Shown here one piece after another: positions 19,770 through 31,587 of a stretch of DNA of 64,000 bases; the first letter of the stretch is position 1, and each line of letters begins with the position of its first letter. This DNA is from an uncultured virus (IMG/VR IMGVR_UViG_3300035682_000007) (taxonomy: Duplodnaviria > Heunggongvirae > Uroviricota > Caudoviricetes): IMG/VR virus record IMGVR_UViG_3300035682_000007, one strand, 5' to 3'. Under the pieces are notes generated by a model. That model saw nothing but the letters and a program-made list of their open reading frames with translations, was not told where the DNA came from and ran no database searches. The translations under genes and the position numbers were made by a program.

Positions 19770-19809
19770 AACCATTTACAAATATATAAAATCATGGTAT
19801 ATTTAGGTT

Positions 19810-20259
19810 ATGAGTGAATTTAACGGTAGAATAACATATATTTATGCATTAATGGATGGAGTTAAAATTAAATATATTGGTAAAAGTAATGACCCACATA
19901 AAAGATTTATATATCATACTAGATATGAAAAAAATAGTAAAACTTATAAACAGTATTGGGTTAATAAAATGAAACGAAATAATAAAGAAATATCTCTTAA
20001 AATATTAGAAGTTGTACCTTATGAAAATTGGCAAGAACGAGAAATATTTTGGATAGCCAAATATGGTTTAAAAAATTTAGTTAATCACAGAATTGGTGGA
20101 AATGGTGGTGAAGGACAAAAATCTATCAATTTTATAAAGAAAAATAAAAATTTAAAAATCACTAGTAAAACTCATGATATATTAATCAAATATTGTAAAG
20201 ATAACAAATTAAAAATATTTAATTTTGTTGAAACTATAATCAAAGAAAATTGTAAATAA
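19810..20259 (+). CDS. GIY-YIG endonuclease with C-terminal ribbon-helix-helix-like domain
   Basis: YIYALMD...KYIGKSNDPHKR...E..WI...N; the C-terminus is homologous to the next ORF. Confidence 0.8.
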   Translation: MSEFNGRITYIYALMDGVKIKYIGKSNDPHKRFIYHTRYEKNSKTYKQYWVNKMKRNNKEISLKILEVVPYENWQEREIFWIAKYGLKNLVNHRIGGNGGEGQKSINFIKKNKNLKITSKTHDILIKYCKDNKLKIFNFVETIIKENCK

Positions 20260-20268
20260 TATAACGCT

Positions 20269-20418
20269 ATGAAAAGAGATAAAAATATAAAAATAACGCC
20301 ATTAACTCATGAAATACTAAAAAAGTATTGTGAAGATAATGGCCTTAAAATGTTTCAATTTGTTGAGAAATTAATTAGAGATAAATGTTCACCTAAAAAA
20401 GACTTATATGGTGAATAA
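20269..20418 (+). CDS. Small ribbon-helix-helix-like DNA-binding protein (49 aa)
   Basis: Not in the track. MKRDKNIKITPLTHEILKKYCEDNGLKMFQFVEKLIRDKCSPKKDLYGE shows a strand-helix-helix pattern. Confidence 0.7.
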   Translation: MKRDKNIKITPLTHEILKKYCEDNGLKMFQFVEKLIRDKCSPKKDLYGE

Positions 20419-20420
20419 TA

Positions 20421-22679
20421 TTATCTAGCTATTTCTGTTATTTTTACATAAAACCCACTATTATTATACACTGTAATACCATCATCTGATGAATCTCTTC
20501 TAGTATTAACCGCCCATCCATAACCAGTTGTACTACCGTTAGTTACTCTACCAACCAATGGGAATAATGTACCACTTCGTGTACCACCACCTGAACCATT
20601 AGCCCAAACTTGACGTTGAACACCGATTTCACTACCGTTCCAAGTTATTTGAGAAAAGAACGAGTCAGCTGCGGCTCCACCGACATCGTACATAGCATAA
20701 ACTTCAAAGAAAATATAAGAAGATGTAGAAAGAGGTGTGTAAGTACCAGTAACTATAGATGTATAAGTGTTTGTGTTATTAGTATAGTTTGAATTGAAAC
20801 TTAAATCACTAGCACTAAATAATATTGTTTGAATTGTTTGCCCAGCTCTCCATGCATTTGGTTTTACAAAACCATTAACTACCAAATTACCAGATGCATC
20901 AATAACCATTTTCACAGCTCCACCAGATTCATTTAAATTATTTGTAACACGAAATAATTGTCCACTTAAAACATCATAAGTACCATTCCACGTATCTAAA
21001 CCATAATTGTTATTGTTTGCATAATACATTAAAACTCCTGGTGAATCTGTACTTCCATTATCTAATAAAATATCACCAGAAGCGTATCCACCTTTTGTAA
21101 ACGACCCATTACCTTTAAATGTTGTGCCAGTAACTGTTAAATTACCATCTGTTTTAATATTCCCAGATACATGTAATGCTTCTGAAGGTGTAACCACGTT
21201 AATCCCAATTCTACCTTGTGTTTGTGCAGATATACTTGGAATACCAGTTGTCCCTGAATATGTATTATTTCCAAATAAAACACCACCTAAGTTTATTGAA
21301 TTTGTTGTTCCTGATGGTAATGATATATTTGTACCAATTATAATGTTATTTGAACCTAAGCTACCTAAAACACCACCATTACCAACATTATAACCAAATA
21401 AATTTGAATTGCTGGCACCTGTTGCTTGATAACCAGCATTTTGACCTATAAAACTTGATTGATTTGCGTTTGATGCTAGATAACCAGCTTGATACCCCAT
21501 AAAATTTGAATGAGAAGCACCTGTTGCATATATACCAGCTTGAGTACCCATGAAATTTGAATAAGCGGCATTTGTTGCATATATACCAGCTTGAGTACCC
21601 ATGAAATTTGATTGGTAAGCACCTGCTGCACCATAACCAGCATTCTGACCAAAGAAATTTGAATTAGCAGCATCCGTTGCACCATTACCAGCATTTTCAC
21701 CTAAGAAATTTGAGTATTCGGCATTTGTTGTTTGATAACCAGCAAAATCACCCAAGAAATTTGAATTATTTGCATTTTGTGAATTCCAACCAGCATAATT
21801 ACCCATGAAATTTGATTGGTAAGCACCTGATGCATATTGCCCAGCATTATTACCAAAGAAATTTGAATTGCTGGCACCTGTTGCCAAATAACCAGCAGCA
21901 TTACCAATGAAATTTGAATATGATGCACTTTTTGCTAGATAACCAGCATAAGAACCTAAGAAGTTTGAAAAACTAGCACTACTTGCAGCATAACCAGCAT
22001 TTTGCCCTAAGAAATTTGATTGGTTAGCATTTGTTGCATATATACCAGCATTTTCCCCTAAGAAGTTTGAATATTGAGCATTTGTTGCATATATACCAGC
22101 TTGCCAACCAAAGAAGTTTGAATATTGAGCATTTATTGCACTATAACCAGCAAAATAACCAAAGAAGTTTGAATATTGAGCGTTGGTTGCTAGATTACCA
22201 GCATATTGACCCAAGAAATTTGAATCATTAGCGTTTCTTGCATATTGCCCAGCATATTGACCTATAAAATTTGAATTACTAGCACCTGTTGCCAAATAAC
22301 CAGCATATTGACCTATAAAATTTGAATAAGAAGCATTTGTTGCACCATTACCAGCATTTTCACCAAAAAAGTTTGAATTGCTTACTCCACTAGCATTTAA
22401 ACCAGTATTAGCTAAACCTGTTGAAAATAAATTACTAGTATTTACAACTGTAATAGGAGAGTTAACATTATTTGGTAAATTTAAATATGTTGTTGCTGAT
22501 ATTGTATTAGCAGTTAACCCATTTGTAAAAATTGTAGGTCCTGTTACTGTTCCTCCACTAAATGTGCTTGGTGATAAATTTAAATATGTTGTTGCTGATA
22601 TTGATGTAGCAATTAAACTACCTTGTACGATGGAATTATCCTTAGATATAAAACCATTTTTTATATTGAACTCATTCAT
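20421..22679 (-). CDS. Tail fibre/adhesin with about 20 17-aa beta-solenoid repeats
   Basis: Repeats xAxxSNFxGxxAGxxAT; GRIGINVVTPSEALHVSG knuckle motif. Confidence 0.75.
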   Translation of the reverse strand: MNEFNIKNGFISKDNSIVQGSLIATSISATTYLNLSPSTFSGGTVTGPTIFTNGLTANTISATTYLNLPNNVNSPITVVNTSNLFSTGLANTGLNASGVSNSNFFGENAGNGATNASYSNFIGQYAGYLATGASNSNFIGQYAGQYARNANDSNFLGQYAGNLATNAQYSNFFGYFAGYSAINAQYSNFFGWQAGIYATNAQYSNFLGENAGIYATNANQSNFLGQNAGYAASSASFSNFLGSYAGYLAKSASYSNFIGNAAGYLATGASNSNFFGNNAGQYASGAYQSNFMGNYAGWNSQNANNSNFLGDFAGYQTTNAEYSNFLGENAGNGATDAANSNFFGQNAGYGAAGAYQSNFMGTQAGIYATNAAYSNFMGTQAGIYATGASHSNFMGYQAGYLASNANQSSFIGQNAGYQATGASNSNLFGYNVGNGGVLGSLGSNNIIIGTNISLPSGTTNSINLGGVLFGNNTYSGTTGIPSISAQTQGRIGINVVTPSEALHVSGNIKTDGNLTVTGTTFKGNGSFTKGGYASGDILLDNGSTDSPGVLMYYANNNNYGLDTWNGTYDVLSGQLFRVTNNLNESGGAVKMVIDASGNLVVNGFVKPNAWRAGQTIQTILFSASDLSFNSNYTNNTNTYTSIVTGTYTPLSTSSYIFFEVYAMYDVGGAAADSFFSQITWNGSEIGVQRQVWANGSGGGTRSGTLFPLVGRVTNGSTTGYGWAVNTRRDSSDDGITVYNNSGFYVKITEIAR

Positions 22680-22806
22680 ATTTATATTTCCAATTAAAAT
22701 TTAATGCGTGTAATTTTGATATTCTATCTTTTAATCTTAAACTTTTTCCAATATAAATACCACCATTTGGGTTGGTTATTTTATATATATATCCTATTTT
22801 AATCAT
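22672..22806 (-). pseudogene. Internally deleted GIY-YIG endonuclease
   Basis: MIKIGYIYKITNPNGGIYIGKSLRLKDRISKLHALNFNWKYKYE*: GIY-YIG N-terminus joined to a NUMOD1-like WKYK end. Confidence 0.75.
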
Positions 22807-22875
22807 AATATTTTACTTTCCCTTTCCAGTAAATGTTATTTAATAATAAATATGTTGGTAATTATAATAAAATAA

Positions 22876-23577
22876 TTATAAACCAAATCTTTTTTTTGTT
22901 GCGTTATAGTTTTGTAGTACTTCTTGTGAGGAGAGTGCTCTGTTGTATATTTGGGTTTGGGCTATTTTACCGTTAAAAAAATCTGAAAAAGTACTTCCTA
23001 AAGACTCTGGGTTCGCCCCTATTGTTAAAGGTTCTGAAGTGGTGGTTACACTTCCAACTATGTTTGTTGATTGAATCAATACTGAGTTTCTGTAGTATGA
23101 AATAGTCGAACCATTAAATGTAGAAACAATGTTATACCAAGAATTAGTATTATAATTACTTATTTGTTCGCCTACATTATAATATACTCCATTAATATAA
23201 TAATACGTTTGTACTCTACTAGAAGGGGTTAATTGTGATATAATACCATATCCACCCAACGAGTTGTTTGATATTATTGTTTGAGTTCCTGCAGTACTGT
23301 TAAACTTTAGCCAAATAGATATTGTAAAATTAGTTGTAAATTTTAGATTACTAGAGGTACCCAAATTAACACGGTCATTACTTCCATCAAACACAATACT
23401 CCCCCCATTTCCAGAATCAAAAGTTGGTCCATTTATAAGTGTTCCATTATTTTGATTTCCAGAAATATCTTTCCAAGATGTTCCTGTTCTTGGATATGAA
23501 TCTAATTTAGCTGCATCTAAATCTAATACAAGTCCATCTTTGACTACTCCTCCGTAATATCCTATTCTTCCTGCCAT
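22876..23577 (-). CDS. Concanavalin A-like/LamG virion protein
   Basis: DGLVLDLDAA...FDGSND...FTISIW...WYNIVSTFNG...GKIAQTQIYNRALS. Confidence 0.85.
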   Translation of the reverse strand: MAGRIGYYGGVVKDGLVLDLDAAKLDSYPRTGTSWKDISGNQNNGTLINGPTFDSGNGGSIVFDGSNDRVNLGTSSNLKFTTNFTISIWLKFNSTAGTQTIISNNSLGGYGIISQLTPSSRVQTYYYINGVYYNVGEQISNYNTNSWYNIVSTFNGSTISYYRNSVLIQSTNIVGSVTTTSEPLTIGANPESLGSTFSDFFNGKIAQTQIYNRALSSQEVLQNYNATKKRFGL

Positions 23578-24314
23578 TATAGTCCGAATCTTGTTTTTGT
23601 TGCGTTATAGTTTTGTAGTACTTCTTGTGATGATAAAGTCCTATTATAAATAGTTACGTTAGATGTATTCCCACTAAAATATTTACTACCAAAACTTGAT
23701 TGACTTCTTCCTAAAAGTCTGTTGTTTTTATCTGACCAAACATATGGTGTACCAACACCACCACTAGCTGCTTGTAATGTAAAAGCAAAATTTGGTGCTG
23801 ATGGACCACCAAATAATGTGTCAGCCGAACTGTAAATAGGTTTAGCAGCAGGTTCGTCATATGAATATCTACCACCAGTATTAGAAACATATCTAACACC
23901 GTTTATAACAAAAAAATTTGTTGACCCACTACTTATATACCCCACCTGAATCCACCCATTATATGGTATTGGTATATTTAATCCTGAACCAGTAACTGTT
24001 GCTCGTTCATAAACACCCAAATAATAATTAGAAAAATTACCATTTATCCAAAACAACATACTAACGTTAGTTGGTGCCATACTAAACCCTAAATTTTTAC
24101 CTAATGTTAAATAATCATTACTCCCATCAAATAAAACACTACCATTATTATTGGTATTGAATGTGGGTCCATTCACTAATAACCCACCATTATTTCCTCC
24201 ACGAGATAAGTCATTCCAAGTGGTTGAACCACTTACGATAGATTTAGAGTTAGCGGCATCTAGATACAAAACCAACCCATCAGTAACTATTTTTGGTGAA
24301 AAATTAAATGCCAT
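23577..24314 (-). CDS. Concanavalin A-like/LamG virion protein (paralogue)
   Basis: Same N- and C-terminal frame (DGLVLYLDAA; IYNRTLSSQEVLQNYNATK.RFGL) with a divergent middle. Confidence 0.8.
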   Translation of the reverse strand: MAFNFSPKIVTDGLVLYLDAANSKSIVSGSTTWNDLSRGGNNGGLLVNGPTFNTNNNGSVLFDGSNDYLTLGKNLGFSMAPTNVSMLFWINGNFSNYYLGVYERATVTGSGLNIPIPYNGWIQVGYISSGSTNFFVINGVRYVSNTGGRYSYDEPAAKPIYSSADTLFGGPSAPNFAFTLQAASGGVGTPYVWSDKNNRLLGRSQSSFGSKYFSGNTSNVTIYNRTLSSQEVLQNYNATKTRFGL

Positions 24315-27300
24315 TTATATACTTCTTACTATTGTTTTTATTGTCCAACTTCCAGTAGTTCCTGATGTTTTCAGAATTGCTGATGAATCGCTTATTATCA
24401 TATTAAATGTTAAACCACTTGTATTTCCAATATCATTTGTTGATGTTTCAGTATATTGAATTGTTGAACCACTCCAAATGCTCATTATATTCCCACCTCT
24501 AAGATTTGTCCCATCATTAATAGTATAATCAAAGAAAGCACCTGTATAAGCTGATGTTGGTATTGAATAAATATTTGTTGAACCAGTGGTTGCAACTATT
24601 TTAACTGTTGTATTTAATGATGGTGCTAAATAACTACCCATCAATATTGTATTATCTGAAAAAGCTTCAAGAACTGGTAAACCTGAAATATCATTCACAC
24701 TAAATAATGAACCAGTAAGTGAATCACTAACACTAAATAATTCTCCTTGTGAACCTTGAACCGTAAATATTGGTAATGAAGTACTATTTCCAGAACCAAT
24801 TACTTTTAATATATTTTGAGTGCTAGCTGAAAGTAATGCTGTACCACCAGAACCTAATGTTAATAAAGGTTTACCCCCAATACCATTAGTATAAAAAGTT
24901 AATGTATCAGCACTTCCAACAGATATTCTACCATTACCAAGCACATAATCAGTTACAATACCATCAATATATGGTCCAGTATAAGCACTAACCGAATAAA
25001 AACCATTAATAGATGTTAATGTATTTGCCGTAACTCCACTAGTAAATATAGTCCCACCAGTTACTGTTCCACCAGTTAATGGCAAATAAGCACCCACTAA
25101 TGTATTTGTAAACGCATTGGTTAGATATTCTTTAGTAACTACTGCTTTCCCTGTTGTATCACCGCTAATCAACGTATTAGTAACGCTAGGTAGTGTCATT
25201 AGACCTGTATTATCTATCTTAGCTCTAAGGGTAGCAGTTTGCATTGTAGTACCTGAAGCTAATACTTGCCCTGTATACATTTCAATACTTGAATCCCCAC
25301 TTCCCTTACCTGTTCCTGAGTATAATTTTAATTTTCCACCACTTAAATTTGATGTTCCTAATACTTCGTTTGTTTGGATATATATATCTCCTCCATATAC
25401 AGAAGAATACACGTTATTACTATTTGTTGCACAATCTATACCCCACCAATTACGTGATGTCTGACTTAATGTAACAAAATTACCAGTACCTGCTGTTTGT
25501 TTGTAAATTGAACCTCCATTTACTGTTGCGTATATATTTCCATTACTATCAGCAGCAATACCATACCATAACCTACTTGTCTGACCTAACGCTACAAAAT
25601 TACCTGTACCTGCCGTCTGCATATAAATGTCACCCGAATCTACTGTTGCATACACGTTCCCATTTGGAGCAGCAACTATAGCTCTCCATTGTCTTAATGT
25701 CTGACCTAACGCTACAAAATTACCTGTACCTGCCGTCTGCATATAAATGTCGCCTGTATCATAAGTAGTGGCATACACATTTCCATTAGGAGCAACTGCA
25801 ATACCTGTCCATCCTCTTGAAGTTTGACCTAACGCTACAAAATTACCTGTACCTGCCGTCTGCATATAAATGTCGCCTGTATATACAGTTGCATACACAT
25901 TTCCGTTTGAATGGACAGCTACATCATACCAACCTCTAGCTGTTTGACTTAAATTATTAAAATTACCTGTACCAGCAGTTTGCATATAAATAGAACCACC
26001 ATTTTCTACTACATATACATTCTTATTTGTAGCAACTGCAATACCTCTATAATTTCTTAATGTTTGATTTAAAGCAGTATAGTCAGCAGTGGTAATAAAA
26101 TTTATTGCACGTCCTCCTGAAACTATAAAATCATTTCCTTCTGTAACTGAATTTGAATCTTCAATCCCTATTTCTTTGGATGAATTATTGCCAAGAGTAA
26201 TATCCTTTGTCGGGGCATTTACAGTTCCAATACCTAGAAAAGTACCAGTATCCCATAACCTACTGTTCCCAATTGTGGTTGTTGTTAATGCTTTAGGTAT
26301 ATAATTTGCTGTTAATGATGGAATATTCATCTTAGTAGCAATATCAGTTAAATCGGCAATAGTACCTGTTCTATTTTGAAAGGTATATGTACGAGATGCT
26401 GTATTTGAATTACTTAAAAATGAAGTAAATGTATTAGCAACATTTATAAACCCAAGAGAGTTAGTTACAAATGTTGTTGCTGTTAAACCACTAATATAAC
26501 TAGTTCCACCACTAACAGTTCCACCAGTTAATGGCAAATAAGCACCAACTAATGTATTTGTAACAGCATTACCAACTTGTTTAACATCAACAATTATTGA
26601 TGGGGCGTTTGGTCTTGTAGGACCAGTTAAACCACTTAATGCTGTTAATTGAACATATTGACTATCTGATGAAAAATAAAATTCTAAATAATCATTAGCA
26701 TTCATAGAAAAAATAAATGCAACATATGGAAGTGATAATGTACTATTCGATACTAATCTCATTGTAGATGAACTACGAGTAACAGGTACACCATTTATTG
26801 CCGCCCATATCGTTATATTAGCATCAGTACCTTGTGTTTTTTCTATTTGTGGTGAATACCCAAATTCATAAACACCAGTGTTATAAACCTTTATTCTACT
26901 ACTATTTTCAATAACAATACCATTAGATATTTCAGTTGTGTCATAAGTCCATACTGTAGCTATATTAGCACCACTAACAGGTAAATTACCAGTATTTGAA
27001 AAACTACCATAATAATTAGCTGAATAACCACTAGTTGTAGTTATACCAGTCACATTAAATGTACCACCAGTATTATTTATAAATATTAAATTACCACCAT
27101 TATAGGTTCCACCAGTTACCCTAATATCAGTTGGTAAATTATAATATGTTGTGGCTGATATTGTATTTGCTGTTAATCCATTTATTGTACCACCAGTAAA
27201 TGTAGTGGCAAACCCACTAACACTATATGTACCACCGTTGGTTTTAGTAAATGTTGCTGTTCCGTTAGTAACTGTGCCTCCTGTTGTATAAGTATCTGTC

Positions 27301-28010
27301 ATACCACTTGTAAACCCTGTTACGTTAAACGTACCTCCGCTATTATTGGTAAAAGTAACAATACCTGTATTTATATTATAAGTCCCACCAGTAACAGTCA
27401 TATCACTAGCTAATATACTTAAATTAGATGTAATAGTAACACCATCATTTCTTGTTAAGGTTAAATCATAGGTTGAATTATTAAAACTACTTCCTGTAAC
27501 TCTTATATCTAACGGTAAATTGTAATATGTTGTTGCTGATATTGTATTAGCTGTTAATCCATTTGTAAATGAAGTAGCACCACTCACTGTTCCTCCAGTA
27601 AAAGTAGTTCCATTACCAGTCGATGTACTAAATCCAGTTATGCTAAATGTACCACCTGTGTTATTAGTAAAAATAGCTGTTCCAGCAGAATAAGTTCCAC
27701 CAGTAATATTTATATCTAATGGTAAATTATAATATGTAGTTGCAGATATTGTGTTTGCACTTAATCCAGTAGTAAATATTGTAGGACCTGTTACAGTTCC
27801 ACCACTAAATATTGTCCCACTACCACCACTAAAAGGATATGTAATATCAGGCATTTGAACCCAATTTAAAATACCATCTTTATTTACATATTTAAGTGCT
27901 GTATATAAATCAGTATATTCTGTACCTAAACTAGATACATGGTCAGGTGCACCATAACCAGCTTGAATTAATATTGGTGTTATATCAAATGATATTATTT
28001 GTGTAGACAT
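24315..28010 (-). CDS. Mosaic tail fibre with TGGT-rich shaft, C1q/BclA-like domain and six-repeat beta-propeller
   Basis: TFTGGTV...TANTISATTYYNLP modules; six ~40-aa repeats W.GIA...NGNVYA....GDIYMQTAGTGNF at about 25370-26080. Confidence 0.7.
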   Translation of the reverse strand: MSTQIISFDITPILIQAGYGAPDHVSSLGTEYTDLYTALKYVNKDGILNWVQMPDITYPFSGGSGTIFSGGTVTGPTIFTTGLSANTISATTYYNLPLDINITGGTYSAGTAIFTNNTGGTFSITGFSTSTGNGTTFTGGTVSGATSFTNGLTANTISATTYYNLPLDIRVTGSSFNNSTYDLTLTRNDGVTITSNLSILASDMTVTGGTYNINTGIVTFTNNSGGTFNVTGFTSGMTDTYTTGGTVTNGTATFTKTNGGTYSVSGFATTFTGGTINGLTANTISATTYYNLPTDIRVTGGTYNGGNLIFINNTGGTFNVTGITTTSGYSANYYGSFSNTGNLPVSGANIATVWTYDTTEISNGIVIENSSRIKVYNTGVYEFGYSPQIEKTQGTDANITIWAAINGVPVTRSSSTMRLVSNSTLSLPYVAFIFSMNANDYLEFYFSSDSQYVQLTALSGLTGPTRPNAPSIIVDVKQVGNAVTNTLVGAYLPLTGGTVSGGTSYISGLTATTFVTNSLGFINVANTFTSFLSNSNTASRTYTFQNRTGTIADLTDIATKMNIPSLTANYIPKALTTTTIGNSRLWDTGTFLGIGTVNAPTKDITLGNNSSKEIGIEDSNSVTEGNDFIVSGGRAINFITTADYTALNQTLRNYRGIAVATNKNVYVVENGGSIYMQTAGTGNFNNLSQTARGWYDVAVHSNGNVYATVYTGDIYMQTAGTGNFVALGQTSRGWTGIAVAPNGNVYATTYDTGDIYMQTAGTGNFVALGQTLRQWRAIVAAPNGNVYATVDSGDIYMQTAGTGNFVALGQTSRLWYGIAADSNGNIYATVNGGSIYKQTAGTGNFVTLSQTSRNWWGIDCATNSNNVYSSVYGGDIYIQTNEVLGTSNLSGGKLKLYSGTGKGSGDSSIEMYTGQVLASGTTMQTATLRAKIDNTGLMTLPSVTNTLISGDTTGKAVVTKEYLTNAFTNTLVGAYLPLTGGTVTGGTIFTSGVTANTLTSINGFYSVSAYTGPYIDGIVTDYVLGNGRISVGSADTLTFYTNGIGGKPLLTLGSGGTALLSASTQNILKVIGSGNSTSLPIFTVQGSQGELFSVSDSLTGSLFSVNDISGLPVLEAFSDNTILMGSYLAPSLNTTVKIVATTGSTNIYSIPTSAYTGAFFDYTINDGTNLRGGNIMSIWSGSTIQYTETSTNDIGNTSGLTFNMIISDSSAILKTSGTTGSWTIKTIVRSI

Positions 28011-28088
28011 TTTTTTATTTTTGTTTTAAACTATGGTATTATCTATGCTTTTAAAGCAATGGTTTTTTTAATGTATCTTTAAATATTT

Positions 28089-28355
28089 TCATAGTAATAT
28101 CGTTCCTATAATAGCACCTATAATTGTAAACACAACATCCCATTTATCAAAGGGGGCTTCATTGTATTTTCCATTCCACCATTCCCATAAAAAACCTAAA
28201 GCCAAACCCCCAAATCCTGCTAAAATACAATGAAATATCTTTCCTGTATCAACAAAAGACGGGTCTATTTTTAATAATAACCAAATAAATGGTGTTACTG
28301 TCAATCCTCCAAATATAAGATGTAAATACCATCTTTCTGTTATAATTTTTTTCAT
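28089..28355 (-). CDS. Small membrane protein (three hydrophobic segments)
   Basis: 88 aa, hydrophobic; function unknown. Confidence 0.6.
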   Translation of the reverse strand: MKKIITERWYLHLIFGGLTVTPFIWLLLKIDPSFVDTGKIFHCILAGFGGLALGFLWEWWNGKYNEAPFDKWDVVFTIIGAIIGTILL

Positions 28356-28546
28356 AGGGCTGATTGATTTATTATTGGTGATGTACTTATAAATTCTTGA
28401 CCTAATTCAAGTAATCTATCAATTAATTCTTGTTCTAATTCAAAATATTCAAGAAATGGTTGTCCTGTTGTAACAATTTGATTTTCTTGAAGACTACCAT
28501 AATGAAATACATCAATTCCATTATGTGCTAAATAAAATTTGTTCAT
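28352..28546 (-). CDS. Hypothetical protein (64 aa)
   Basis: ATGA overlap with the next gene; co-oriented. Confidence 0.6.
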   Translation of the reverse strand: MNKFYLAHNGIDVFHYGSLQENQIVTTGQPFLEYFELEQELIDRLLELGQEFISTSPIINQSAL

Positions 28547-28556
28547 ATTATTTAAA

Positions 28557-31108
<2,552 letters not shown>

Positions 31109-31114
31109 AAATTA

Positions 31115-31558
31115 TTATGCTTGATAATCCGCTCCATGACATGTCACAAAAACTCTAGCAGCCGCTAAAGTTGCTAATGCTGAAAATTTTAATACGTCAT
31201 TTGGCATCATTGGAATATATCTTTTACCTGTATTATCTTGTGGTAATCCAGTTATATTTACCCCATCTAAAAAATCAATATTTCTTGTTCCTGTTACGTT
31301 ACCAGCATTAGCTGCTACTGGTGTTAATCCTAATGGAACAACCGTTGAACCTCTTAATATATATGTGAATATATTAGAAGCTGTTGCTGTTGATGAAGCC
31401 ATTACTGAATATACTCTACCACCTAATGTACCAGCTGTATATGCTGGAAAACCAAATGTATCAACACCAACAGTTGAAGCTGTTGCCCCTGTTAAAATAG
31501 CAACACCGCTATTTAATACGTTTGCTAAAATTGGAATTTGTCCGTTTGTTAAACCCAT
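31115..31558 (-). CDS. Hypothetical virion-associated protein
   Basis: 147 aa, beta-rich, within the fibre cluster. Confidence 0.55.
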   Translation of the reverse strand: MGLTNGQIPILANVLNSGVAILTGATASTVGVDTFGFPAYTAGTLGGRVYSVMASSTATASNIFTYILRGSTVVPLGLTPVAANAGNVTGTRNIDFLDGVNITGLPQDNTGKRYIPMMPNDVLKFSALATLAAARVFVTCHGADYQA

Positions 31559-31587
31559 TTTAATTTAATTTTAATTTTATTGTTATT

